Below, one piece after another: positions 39,500-50,483 of a DNA stretch of 60,103 nt. The stretch is taken from positions 84,388,346 through 84,448,448 of the forward strand of contig NC_068981.1 in assembly GCF_001194135.2 (NCBI RefSeq), in the 5' to 3' direction. The translations under genes and the position numbers were made by a program. Under the pieces are notes generated by a model, which searched no databases, was not told the DNA's origin, and saw nothing but the letters and a program-made list of their open reading frames with translations. This DNA is from Octopus bimaculoides (lineage: Eukaryota). The number at the start of each line of letters is the position of its first letter. The first letter of the stretch is position 1.

Positions 39500-40237
39500 G
39501 TCAACCAGAACTGTTAGAAGAAGGCTTGTAGAGTACGGTCTGAAAGGCTGTAAAGCCAGGAAGAAGCCATGGGTCGCTGAAATGAATATGGAAAAACGTC
39601 TTTAGTGGGTCAAAAACCACTCAAATTGAACCAGTGAGCAATGGTCGAAAGTCATATGGTCTGATGAACGTAACTATGAGGTAAGATTAGTACATGTATT
39701 CAATCAACCTATAAACTTAATGTATCTGGTTTGTTGCCCAAAATATATAAAGATATATCCAGAATGAAGCTAATATTGTTTTTCATGTTTTTACTCACGT
39801 TTTCGGTGCATCTGGTGCAACTTTCGTGCGTCGCAGAGTTGGGAAAGCATTTAAGGATGAATGTCTGGTACCTACCGTAAAACATGGGGGTGGTTCTATC
39901 ATGGTGTGGGCCTATATGTCTGCCACAGGACCCGGAGAAATGTTTTTATGTCAGGGAAGGATGAATTCGACTACCTATGTTTCTATGTTATCAGATGTTT
40001 TAGAGCCATCAATTGCTAAATTGCATCCAGGAGAGTCGGAAAACAGTGTTATCTTTCAACAGGACAACGCTCAATGCCGTATAGCAAAGAATACTCGTAA
40101 ATGGTTTGATACACAGGGTATTGTTCCCATGGACTAGCCAGCTCAAAGTCCCGATCTAAATCCGATCGAACACCTACGAGGAACTCTTGGTGAAGCTATC
40201 AGGAACATAACAATTAGAAATGAAGAGCATGTGTACC
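39500..40237 (+). mobile_element. Tc1 (DD34E) transposase relic with one probable intron
   Basis: STRTVRRRL..ARKKP, WSDE, TVKHGGGSIMVW, QQDNA and SPDLNPIE; 34 residues between the second Asp and the Glu; in-frame stops; 118-nt interruption at 39681-39798; 3' end lost in a gap. Confidence 0.9.
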
Positions 40238-41070
40238 NNNNNNNNNNNNNNNNNNNNNNNNNNNNNNNNNNNNNNNNNNNNNNNNNNNNNNNNNNNNNNN
40301 NNNNNNNNNNNNNNNNNNNNNNNNNNNNNNNNNNNNNNNNNNNNNNNNNNNNNNNNNNNNNNNNNNNNNNNNNNNNNNNNNNNNNNNNNNNNNNNNNNNN
40401 NNNNNNNNNNNNNNNNNNNNNNNNNNNNNNNNNNNNNNNNNNNNNNNNNNNNNNNNNNNNNNNNNNNNNNNNNNNNNNNNNNNNNNNNNNNNNNNNNNNN
40501 NNNNNNNNNNNNNNNNNNNNNNNNNNNNNNNNNNNNNNNNNNNNNNNNNNNNNNNNNNNNNNNNNNNNNNNNNNNNNNNNNNNNNNNNNNNNNNNNNNNN
40601 NNNNNNNNNNNNNNNNNNNNNNNNNNNNNNNNNNNNNNNNNNNNNNNNNNNNNNNNNNNNNNNNNNNNNNNNNNNNNNNNNNNNNNNNNNNNNNNNNNNN
40701 NNNNNNNNNNNNNNNNNNNNNNNNNNNNNNNNNNNNNNNNNNNNNNNNNNNNNNNNNNNNNNNNNNNNNNNNNNNNNNNNNNNNNNNNNNNNNNNNNNNN
40801 NNNNNNNNNNNNNNNNNNNNNNNNNNNNNNNNNNNNNNNNNNNNNNNNNNNNNNNNNNNNNNNNNNNNNNNNNNNNNNNNNNNNNNNNNNNNNNNNNNNN
40901 NNNNNNNNNNNNNNNNNNNNNNNNNNNNNNNNNNNNNNNNNNNNNNNNNNNNNNNNNNNNNNNNNNNNNNNNNNNNNNNNNNNNNNNNNNNNNNNNNNNN
41001 NNNNNNNNNNNNNNNNNNNNNNNNNNNNNNNNNNNNNNNNNNNNNNNNNNNNNNNNNNNNNNNNNNNNNN

Positions 41071-41752
41071 CCGCTCGTGATTGGTATGCCAAGTTCAAAA
41101 ATGGAAATTTCGACCTCAAAGACGCATTTCGTTCTGGCCGTCCAGCTGAGTTCGATGAAGAGCGATTAAACTAACTTTTGCACGAAAATTCTCGTCAAAC
41201 GACAAAGGAACTTGCAGAGAAAATGAAAAGCTCCCACACTGCTATAGAGAAGCATCTTCACTCAATGGGAAAGGTTCAGAAGTATGGAGCATGGATTCCG
41301 CATGCTTTAAGTGACAACAACAAAAATCAACAAGCCACGATCTCCGCTGGTTTGCTTGCTCGTCACCGCTGAACTCATGGACACAAGAAATAATTTCTTT
41401 ACCGAATCGTTACTGGTAACGATAAATGGTGCCTGTACATCAATATGAAGCAGTGTAAGGAATGGCTTAGCCCCGGTAAACAAGCCACACCACGCGTGAA
41501 ACAAGATCTTCATCCGCATAAAACGATGTTGTGCGTTTGGTGGGACTGGGAAGGGATTATGCATTACGTATTGCCTGAAAGGAACCAAACAGTCAACGCG
41601 GAGCTGTATGTTCAACAGATGGAACGACTCAACACGGCTATTCAAGAGAAAAAACCTAATCGTCAGCATGGAGTTCTTCTGCTACACGACAACGCCCGCC
41701 TTCGTATCGCCAATATGACCAAGGAAGCCATTCAAACGCAAGTCTAGGAAGT
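41071..41752 (+). mobile_element. mariner transposase relic
   Basis: RSGRP, WIPHAL, IVTGNDKWCLY, LHPHKTMLCVWWD and LLHDNAR; several stops; flanked by gaps, so the third catalytic Asp is not visible. Confidence 0.92.
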
Positions 41753-42264
41753 NNNNNNNNNNNNNNNNNNNNNNNNNNNNNNNNNNNNNNNNNNNNNNNN
41801 NNNNNNNNNNNNNNNNNNNNNNNNNNNNNNNNNNNNNNNNNNNNNNNNNNNNNNNNNNNNNNNNNNNNNNNNNNNNNNNNNNNNNNNNNNNNNNNNNNNN
41901 NNNNNNNNNNNNNNNNNNNNNNNNNNNNNNNNNNNNNNNNNNNNNNNNNNNNNNNNNNNNNNNNNNNNNNNNNNNNNNNNNNNNNNNNNNNNNNNNNNNN
42001 NNNNNNNNNNNNNNNNNNNNNNNNNNNNNNNNNNNNNNNNNNNNNNNNNNNNNNNNNNNNNNNNNNNNNNNNNNNNNNNNNNNNNNNNNNNNNNNNNNNN
42101 NNNNNNNNNNNNNNNNNNNNNNNNNNNNNNNNNNNNNNNNNNNNNNNNNNNNNNNNNNNNNNNNNNNNNNNNNNNNNNNNNNNNNNNNNNNNNNNNNNNN
42201 NNNNNNNNNNNNNNNNNNNNNNNNNNNNNNNNNNNNNNNNNNNNNNNNNNNNNNNNNNNNNNNN

Positions 42265-42332
<68 letters not shown>

Positions 42333-42344
42333 CGTGTGTGTGTA

Positions 42345-42556
42345 TGTATTTGCGTATATGTGTTTGTCCCCCTAGCACCATCACTTGTCAACTGATGCTG
42401 GTGTGTTTACGTCCCTGTAACCTAGCAGTTCGGCTAAAGTGATTGTTACACTAAATACTAGGCTTACAAAGATTAAGTCTTGGGGTCAATTTGTTAGATT
42501 AAAGGCGGTAGTCCAGTAAGGTAGCATCAAATGTCTGAAGCAATTAAAAGAACAAA
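42345..42556 (+). mobile_element. SINE family B, 3' half
   Basis: gtttgtccccctagcaccatcacttgtcaactgatgctggtgtgtttacgtcc...taggcttacaaag matches 28118-28308. Confidence 0.8.
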
Positions 42557-44954
42557 GGTGTATATACACACACACAAACACACATAAACGTAAGTATCTT
42601 TATAATATAGAATAAAAAAATAAAACTAAGCAGCAGGGGATCACCTGCCACAAAGCTAAATTTCAACTGGACTCTAATTGCATCAGCTATCATTAGAGGA
42701 CAATGTGATGAGCATTTAAATGCATTGTTGATCTCGATGCATTTTCATTGTGATCTGAATGTTGTCAATATCGATCACGTATTATTTGTTTGAAGTTCCA
42801 TCTGGTTTTCTTCAAATGTTTCTTAATAAGACCTGCTAGAAAAAGGCACTCGCATGTATTACGTTTTGTACAGCTATTTATTTACTAAAAGCAACTTTTG
42901 TATAGAAGATATCGAAGTCTTTCGTGAATAAACGAACGGGTGTTTTACCACTTTACGTCCACTTCTGACATTCTATTTTTATGCGTATGGTTATGTGTGC
43001 GCGTGTACTTGTACATGACGAATATAATATTACATAATATATATATATATAATATGGATCATCGGCCACTTGTCGTCGGCACTGTGATATATATTTAACT
43101 ACTATGATGTTGTAGCGGTATTCCACGTCTTATTATCTTTGATTGGTCTATCGTGCTATCGCTAATAGCTCCGCAAAGAACGACTTTGAAACGTCTACCT
43201 TCTGGGTAACTCGAGCTCGTATATATCACGTAACTGACACTGATTCCAACAGAGAACTCGTACGATGACTCTACTACTATTGACTTCCTAGAACGACTGA
43301 ATGTCTGACTTTATAGTCGCTGGTTCATACCATTTTGTCACATGGGAAGGAGTGTACCATTTTCACTGTAACATATCTATATATATATATATATATATAT
43401 AGGGACAATACACAAAAAAAAGACAAAGACAGGTGGTGTAGACCTTGACATATCTGTGTGCATGTGTAGGTGCGTGGATGGTGTTGGGGGGGGGATATAT
43501 ATATATNNNNNNNNNNNNNNNNNNNNNNNNNNNNNNNNNNNNNNNNNNNNNNNNNNNNNNNNNNNNNNNNNNNNNNNNNNNNNNNNNNNNNNNNNNNNNN
43601 NNNNNNNNNNNNNNNNNNNNNNNNNNNNNNNNNNNNNNNNNNNNNNNNNNNNNNNNNNNNNNNNNNNNNNNNNNNNNNNNNNNNNNNNNNNNNNNNNNNN
43701 NNNNNNNNNNNNNNNNNNNNNNNNNNNNNNNNNNNNNNNNNNNNNNNNNNNNNNNNNNNNNNNNNNNNNNNNNNNNNNNNNNNNNNNNNNNNNNNNNNNN
43801 NNNNNNNNNNNNNNNNNNNNNNNNNNNNNNNNNNNNNNNNNNNNNNNNNNNNNNNNNNNNNNNNNNNNNNNNNNNNNNNNNNNNNNNNNNNNNNNNNNNN
43901 NNNNNNNNNNNNNNNNNNNNNNNNNNNNNNNNNNNNNNNNNNNNNNNNNNNNNNNNNNNNNNNNNNNNNNNNNNNNNNNNNNNNNNNNNNNNNNNNNNNN
44001 NNNNNNNNNNNNNNNNNNNNNNNNNNNNNNNNNNNNNNNNNNNNNNNNNNNNNNNNNNNNNNNNNNNNNNNNNNNNNNNNNNNNNNNNNNNNNNNNNNNN
44101 NNNNNNNNNNNNNNNNNNNNNNNNNNNNNNNNNNNNNNNNNNNNNNNNNNNNNNNNNNNNNNNNNNNNNNNNNNNNNNNNNNNNNNNNNNNNNNNNNNNN
44201 NNNNNNNNNNNNNNNNNNNNNNNNNNNNNNNNNNNNNNNNNNNNNNNNNNNNNNNNNNNNNNNNNNNNNNNNNNNNNNNNNNNNNNNNNNNNNNNNNNNN
44301 NNNNNNNNNNNNNNNNNNNNNNNNNNNNNNNNNNNNNNNNNNNNNNNNNNNNNNNNNTATATATATATATATATATATATATATTTACTTGCGCTTACCC
44401 ACCCACATATGCATATATGTGTCTATGTGTTTGAATATGTATGTGTACTTTTGTTGATGTTTATGTGTTCGCAATATATTCATTTATAGAGTGCTGTTTG
44501 TCAACTTGTACTATAAAATCAATCCCAGTTGGCAGTAGTTTGGCGCCTTTTATAATCCAACTTTACTGATAATGACATGATACTTCAGCTGCCACATCGA
44601 GTACTACAACTCTGTCGTAAAGCCTAAGAGACTCAATTCTACAATTTACTGGAAAGTGATCTGTTTCTTTATCTTAGCAAACTATGATGATAAAAACCTG
44701 ATTCTAAGCTAAGTCTAAAAAAAAAAACCTAAATGGGATTAATAATTAAAGATAATGTTCTACACATTAATATTATCTATGATATGGGAAATATAGTTTC
44801 TTCGACCGGATGTGTTTTGATCTAGATTTCGTTTGTAATGTTTATATTCATTTGCATTTTTTCTTCATATTTTTGTCATTGTTATGTCGGTTTTGTTGTT
44901 CACAACGTATATCGTGCAAATACAACACAGAGTTACCCGTAATATAGCTACAGT

Positions 44955-44967
44955 TTAGAAAATAATA

Positions 44968-45030
<63 letters not shown>

Positions 45031-45118
45031 GTGATGATGATGACAACGACGACGACGACCACGATGACGATGATGACGACAACGACAGTGACAATGACGA
45101 TGATGATGACGATGACGG

Positions 45119-45178
<60 letters not shown>

Positions 45179-45236
45179 CGACGATAATGATGATGATGAT
45201 AATGATAATGATGATGATAATGATGATGATGATGAT
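44955..45236. repeat. (AAT)n/(GAC)n/(GAT)n compound microsatellite
   Basis: Direct reading. It abuts the 3' end of the Tx1 element. Confidence 0.95.
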
Positions 45237-47105
45237 CCGTTCTTTATTGGTCATAAGGGCCGAATACAAAAACAATTAGGGACAATACAAAACAAGTGAC
45301 GAGTGGGGTTTAAAATAGGAAAATGTGTAAACAATAAAACAAAAACAGTTAAAAATAATCTAAACGGCAAAATTCCCCAATAGTGGTGAGTTCCACCCAA
45401 GACCAACCAGCGTACCCAACACATCCTAGTCACCCTAGTCACTACCTGTCATGCCCTTGATTGGGTACTCCAAGTAGGCAACCCTCTTCCCCTCAACTGC
45501 TCCGGATTACAAACGAATATTCAGAGTAGACCCATTAACACGAGCCATTTTCGCAACATTCACCCACCTTTCAATACAATTACTAGGAGGCAGTATTTCC
45601 CACTCTACTCTCACTTTCCTTTTCAAGTGTGACTTGTAAAAAGTCAATGACGGCTCGGCCGAAGAAGAAAGTGTCTCATTTCAGTCCTTTCAACCTCGCA
45701 TACCACACTACCTCTTCTGCTATAACCACCAGGCAGAGGAAAACTGCCTCTTCCTCCCGGTCAAAAGAAGGCGGCGGGGCGATTCTCATAATGGACTCGG
45801 CTGATAACCAGATCCGTCCTATGCGTGACAATAGCTATTCAACAAAGTTCCAAAGGTCAATAATGCACGGACAATGGACGAATGGATGCAGGACGGTTTC
45901 ATCGCTCTGTGCACACTTCGGACAGGTCCGTCTAACAGCACTTCCGTGTCTGCAGAGATTTCTCGAACCGGCAGAGCTGCTCGGTAGCACTGCCAGGCCA
46001 GGGATTTCTGGAAGTTATCCATAGGTCTTGGCCCGACAGTCCTCCGGAAAAGGCCAATTAGTTGATTCCGCTTGACGCCCAGATTTTACCCGAGTACGTC
46101 TTCGCTCTTTCTTTCCACTAACCTTCTATATATCACCATAGTGGAACTTCCATCGACTGCGTTGCCCGACTGGCAGAAGGCTGTGAACGCTTGCCGACAT
46201 TCCAGGTGCCAAGCACTCTTTCATGGTCTACGCTTGACCTAGGTCTGTAGCTCCATCAGTGTGCCGAGCTGCGGCCACACCTGCTCACCGTTAAAGAAAC
46301 GCTGGAGATGTCGCAGCTTAAGCACATGTCTGCACATCAGTAGCCATGGCTTGCCTAGTCCTCCACTCAGCAGCTGTTGGCAGAAGATGGACCGTCTGAC
46401 GAACGGAACATGTCTCTTCCATAGGAAGTGGAAGAACAAGCGCTCCAATTTTATCAGGCACGAAGTGGGGCAAGGGACAACGGTTAGGTGGTAGTAGATG
46501 ACGGAAGCGAACGGCAACCACACCTGCTCACCGTTAAGGAAACGCTCGAAATGTCACAGCCTCAGCACATGTCTGCACATCATTAGCCACAGCTTGCCCA
46601 GTCCTCCACTCAGCGGTTGTTAACAGCAGATGGATCGTCTGACAAACGGAACACTTCTCTTCCATAGGAATTGGAAGAGCAAGCGCACCAACTTTATCAG
46701 GCACGAAGTGGGGCAAGGGACGACGGTTAGGCGGTATTAGAAGATGGAAGTGATGTATGCATTCGCCACCTCCACCCGACTTTTCAGGGACACCTTCCCC
46801 TCTGCCCATTTCTGTGTGAGATTGGCTAGCCTGCTCTCACCCCCACCCCAATTCTTGTCCACCTGGAGGTCTGGACCAAACCAGACCCGGAGCAATTTAA
46901 CCAGTCCTTCTGTCCAAGCCCTACAACGCATGGACCTGTCTCTCCAGGTACCGAGCTGCAGGCCCACCGATTTCTCCTGGTTGATATTTGCTCCTATCAC
47001 TGCTTCGTACTCCTTTAGCGCAGTGCTGACCACCTCGATTTCCGAGATGTCCGATACTATTACGATGATGTCGTCCGTGTAAGCCGACACGAACTTTCCG
47101 CATCC
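45237..47105 (-). mobile_element. L1/Tx1-clade LINE, 5'-truncated ORF2 relic
   Basis: SAYTDD (YADD motif), GANINQEKS, LERLFFHFLWK...GGLG, CCHC finger CPKCAQSDETVLHPFVHC, 3' UTR and tail ...gcccttatgaccaataaagaa. Has stops and frameshifts and a 243-bp internal duplication. Confidence 0.9.
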
Positions 47106-48300
47106 TAAATCTGTATTTGCTGTTAACCACGGTGAATTAATTCACGGACAGTGTTTAGATAGAACTTGTGCGAGTGTTGCTTGTTGCTGTGCATGTAGAG
47201 AGATGACGTTGACGTCGTTAAGAAGATGGAGGCGACGAAGAAAGAGATTGCCGTATGCTGTTGCTCGAGTGTTGATCAGTCTCCATGTAGCTGTTGTCGT
47301 GTTGTCACTGGAACTGGCTGTGTCGTGGTGTGGTCAGTGGCTAGACCATAAAAGGTCTGGAAACGAAAGACATCGACTCGCTGTGTTGCTGAAGTTTTAT
47401 AGGGAGCAGTCGGGGCAAACTGCGGTTTAGAAGAGACTGTCTCACGTGACTTTAGCTGAAGGCTGCGATTGGTTGGGTTGCATATTGCCGCGCAATAGAG
47501 CAAGAGACAAATTGTGCCAATACCAACCAGAGTAGTGGACACAACTGGGTCCAAAAGGGGGGCCGAAGGCTAGCTGTTATCTACTACGTCCGTATTTATG
47601 TATATATAAGAGAGAGAGAGGAATTTCCCCTCAAGCGTACGCTACAGATAGCCCCCCCACCACCCAGTCATTTTGTGGAAGACAAAATAGACGATAAAAG
47701 GTAGACATATCTGTAGCGAAGAGGTGAAATTAGAAAGAACGGTTGGTCATTAAAGTGAAATGAAGCTGGCACTGAACTATCAGAAAGGAATGAGTGTTCT
47801 AAGACGGGCTCACCATTTTGTAAACCACCGTGCGAAGGTCGAGCTGCGTGTTCGAATCACGTCGAGTACGACCACGTATCACGTCGGGTACGACCGCGAG
47901 TCACGTCGGGGTCACCATTTGTAAACGACCGTGCGAAGTGAAGGTGACGAGAATAGCTCCTGTGTACATCACACGGTCGATACAATAAATATGAAAAGGA
48001 TAAACGTGTATAAGTGCCAGAAGGAAAAGAGAGACACAACCGGGTAGAATGAGAAGATTTTATTTATATGTAAATATGTGTGTCTGTGTGTACGTCATAT
48101 ATACATAATAATAGACAGGCCGTCATGAGAACATAGTGTGTGTGTACAAACATGGATGTATGCGTGTGCGTTAAGTACAGAGCATTGAAAGAGTCTCTAA
48201 TATGACGTTAGAAGAATGTTCAGATACAAGGATGATAAATACCAGTTCGTAGTCAAGGTACACAATAGTTGAAGTGTTGTATCAAGAAGTTGTGGCTGTA
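47105..48300 (-). mobile_element. Non-autonomous LTR retroelement: LTR 3' part, PBS, about 270-bp non-coding interior, PPT, LTR 5' part
   Basis: On the minus strand: AATAAA (48059-48064), ...TTTACA LTR end at 47920, PBS 47901-47917, PPT GGGTGGTGGGGGGG 47652-47665, TGTAGCG LTR start at 47646, CCAAT (47468-47472) and TATAAAA (47395-47401). The two LTR remnants do not overlap, so their identity cannot be shown. Confidence 0.7.
47901..47917 (-). promoter_or_regulatory. Primer-binding site complementary to the tRNA-Trp 3' end
   Basis: Plus strand tcacgtcggggtcacca is the 3' terminus plus CCA of metazoan tRNA-Trp(CCA), located 2 nt from the LTR end. Confidence 0.85.
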
Positions 48301-48760
48301 ATGCAGATCCGGTTGAGGCACATGTCGTACGTGAAGCTGTGGCTACGATGCTACTGCCGATCACTTGTTCAAATGTCTGACACGCGACTTCTCAGGTGAA
48401 CTGGCTGAAGGCAAGCGGAGGCAAGGTGGGTAAAAAAGCGCTTTCAAGATCCATTCAAAGCCTCACTGAAGGGCTTTGAGATCAACCCCGGCACCTCGGA
48501 AATGCAAGCACAAGAATGCGCTGTCCGGCAAAGCTGCACTAACAGAGGTGCCACCTGCTATTAACAGGATTGCAGGGGCACAAAGAAAACTGCGCAAGTC
48601 CAGAGCCAATCCTTTGCCTTCAGTTCCAGCAGACCACTAGTTACCCAACCTACAGAAGAGCCTTCTGAGCACACATCGGACTGATCGGCTACAGCCGAAC
48701 ATATTCTTCTCCCATGTGATGACCTTGGTCATTGTCGACAATGACGGACGAACAATTAAT
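48300..48760 (+). mobile_element. RTE-clade LINE, 3' fragment
   Basis: AHVVR, SGELAEGKRRQGG*KKRF, KASLKGFEINP, degenerate finger CPT.RRAF.AHIGLIG, RTE-type tail gtcattgtcgacaatgacggacgaacaa. Confidence 0.85.
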
Positions 48761-48904
48761 GATATGTATATATAATTATTTATTTACTTCTCCATCTACA
48801 TATTAATTAATTCACGTTGTTAGCGCCTGCAGTGTTGTTATGCTAATGAGACAGACTAGTATAGCTTTGTGAAAGTATATATTCACTATAAATAACTATA
48901 TGCA

Positions 48905-49509
48905 AAGCGGCGAGCTGGCAGAAACGTTAGCGTGCCGGGCGAAATGCTTAGCGGTATTTCGTCTGCCGTTACGTTCTGAGTTCAAATTCCGCCGAGGTCG
49001 ACTTTGCCTTTCATCCTTTCGGGGTCGATAAATTAAGTACCAGTTACGCACTGGGGTCGATGTAATCGACTTAATCCGTTCGTCTGTTCTTGTTTGTTCC
49101 CTCTATGTTTAGCCCCTTGTGGGCAATAACGAAATAGGTATTTCGTCTGCCTTTACGTTCTGAGTTCAAATTCCGCCGACTTTGCCTTTCATTCTTTCGA
49201 GGTCGATAAATTAAGTACCAGTTACGCACTGGGGTCGATGTAATCGACTTAATCTCTTTGTCTGTCCTTCTTTGTCCCCTCTATGTGTAGCCCCTTGTGG
49301 ACAGTAAATAAGAAATGTTAGTACCCGAGCGAAATGCTTAGCGGTATTTCGTCTGTCTTTACATTCTGAGTTCAAATTCAGCCGAGGTCGAACTTATCGA
49401 CATCCTTTCGGGGTCTATAAATCAAGTACCAGTTGTGTACTGGGATCAATCTAATCGACTGCCCTTTCCCCCCAAAATTTCGGGCTTTGTGCCTAGAGTA
49501 GAAAAGTAT
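48905..49509 (+). mobile_element. SINE family C, head-to-tail trimer
   Basis: Three units (about 48905-49136, 49137-49314, 49315-49509), each with gttctgagttcaaattc and a cctttcggggtcgataaa-type core. The core resembles the Meta domain as I recall it (unverified). Units 1 and 2 carry tail type 1; unit 3 carries tail type 2. Confidence 0.9.
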
Positions 49510-50483
49510 AAATTACTATAAGCTACAAATTTCTTTGTTGGTAAAATATACTAACATCTGTCTATGCAAATTCTAAGAGGACAGAAAATTAGTCAAATTG
49601 ATCCCTGTTGTACTCCCCGAAAAGATATAAGATGATTGTAGCCAAACTGTTTAGATTCTTACAATGAGGCTAAACATTATATATTATACTTATTCAAAAC
49701 ATATATACCTTGTACACTTTAAATTATTTAAACACGGTGTGCAATGCATTATTAATTCATTGCTGCTTATATACAGGTACACACACACACACACACACAT
49801 ATATTCTTTTTTGGAATCGTGGATCTCGAAGCATGCTAAGCTGGTTTTCAATAAAATATTTGCATACTATCATTTATAGCTTTTTGTGGTTTGAGATCCT
49901 CTTTTCCGAAAACGAATTATTTCACTTTCTCTCAGAAGTTTCTCGAAACTTATGATGTCTACAATATACATGCACACGCGCGCGCACACACACTTCGAAG
50001 GCCCAAGATGCAGGAAGTTAGTAAACTTCAAGCAGTCCGTAGAAGGTATAACAAGCAACTTTCAGTAACAATAGTGGTTTATTGATGTAGAAGGATGTAA
50101 TATTTTTCTCATCAAATACCCCTCGTTCGAGCTATTACAACGTCCGAGGTTCTACTAGGTATGAAACATATGTAGCCTGGATCTTATCTACTCTATTCCA
50201 TAATTTTGGAGTTTTATATATACATAAATTCTAAAGATATTCGTTGGATGAGTTTCTTCAAGATCACTGCAAAACAAATGATGCGCGACTGACGAACTTG
50301 CAAGGAGAAGAAGGGAGTCCTGGGTATTTGAGTATTGTTCAAAATCAAGAAAGCTGTCATTGTGGAAGTGAAGCTGCATCACCAAAGTCTTCTAACAACA
50401 TCCTTGAACAAATAAGAGCGCATTTCATTTTGTTTCTCATTTATTGTTACTAGAGTTGCTGTGCCTTTCCATGATCCCATTTA

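Noticed and set aside
43112-43340. Possible solo LTR (TG...CA with CCAAT- and TATA-like motifs)
   Set aside because: No target-site duplication, PBS or PPT, and no second copy in the window.
47276-47554. 92-aa ORF with a hydrophobic N-terminus (DPVVSTTLVGIGTICLLLYCAAIC)
   Set aside because: Starts at TTG, not ATG, and overlaps the CCAAT/TATA region of the presumed LTR. No homology recognised.
47843-47917. Possible tRNA-Trp gene or pseudogene
   Set aside because: Only the 3' portion is present, it includes encoded CCA, and it sits at an LTR boundary. It is a primer-binding-site structure, not a gene.
47857-47917. Short regularly spaced repeats resembling a CRISPR array
   Set aside because: Period 22 with no unique spacers of CRISPR length, no cas genes, eukaryotic context; explained by the PBS reiteration.
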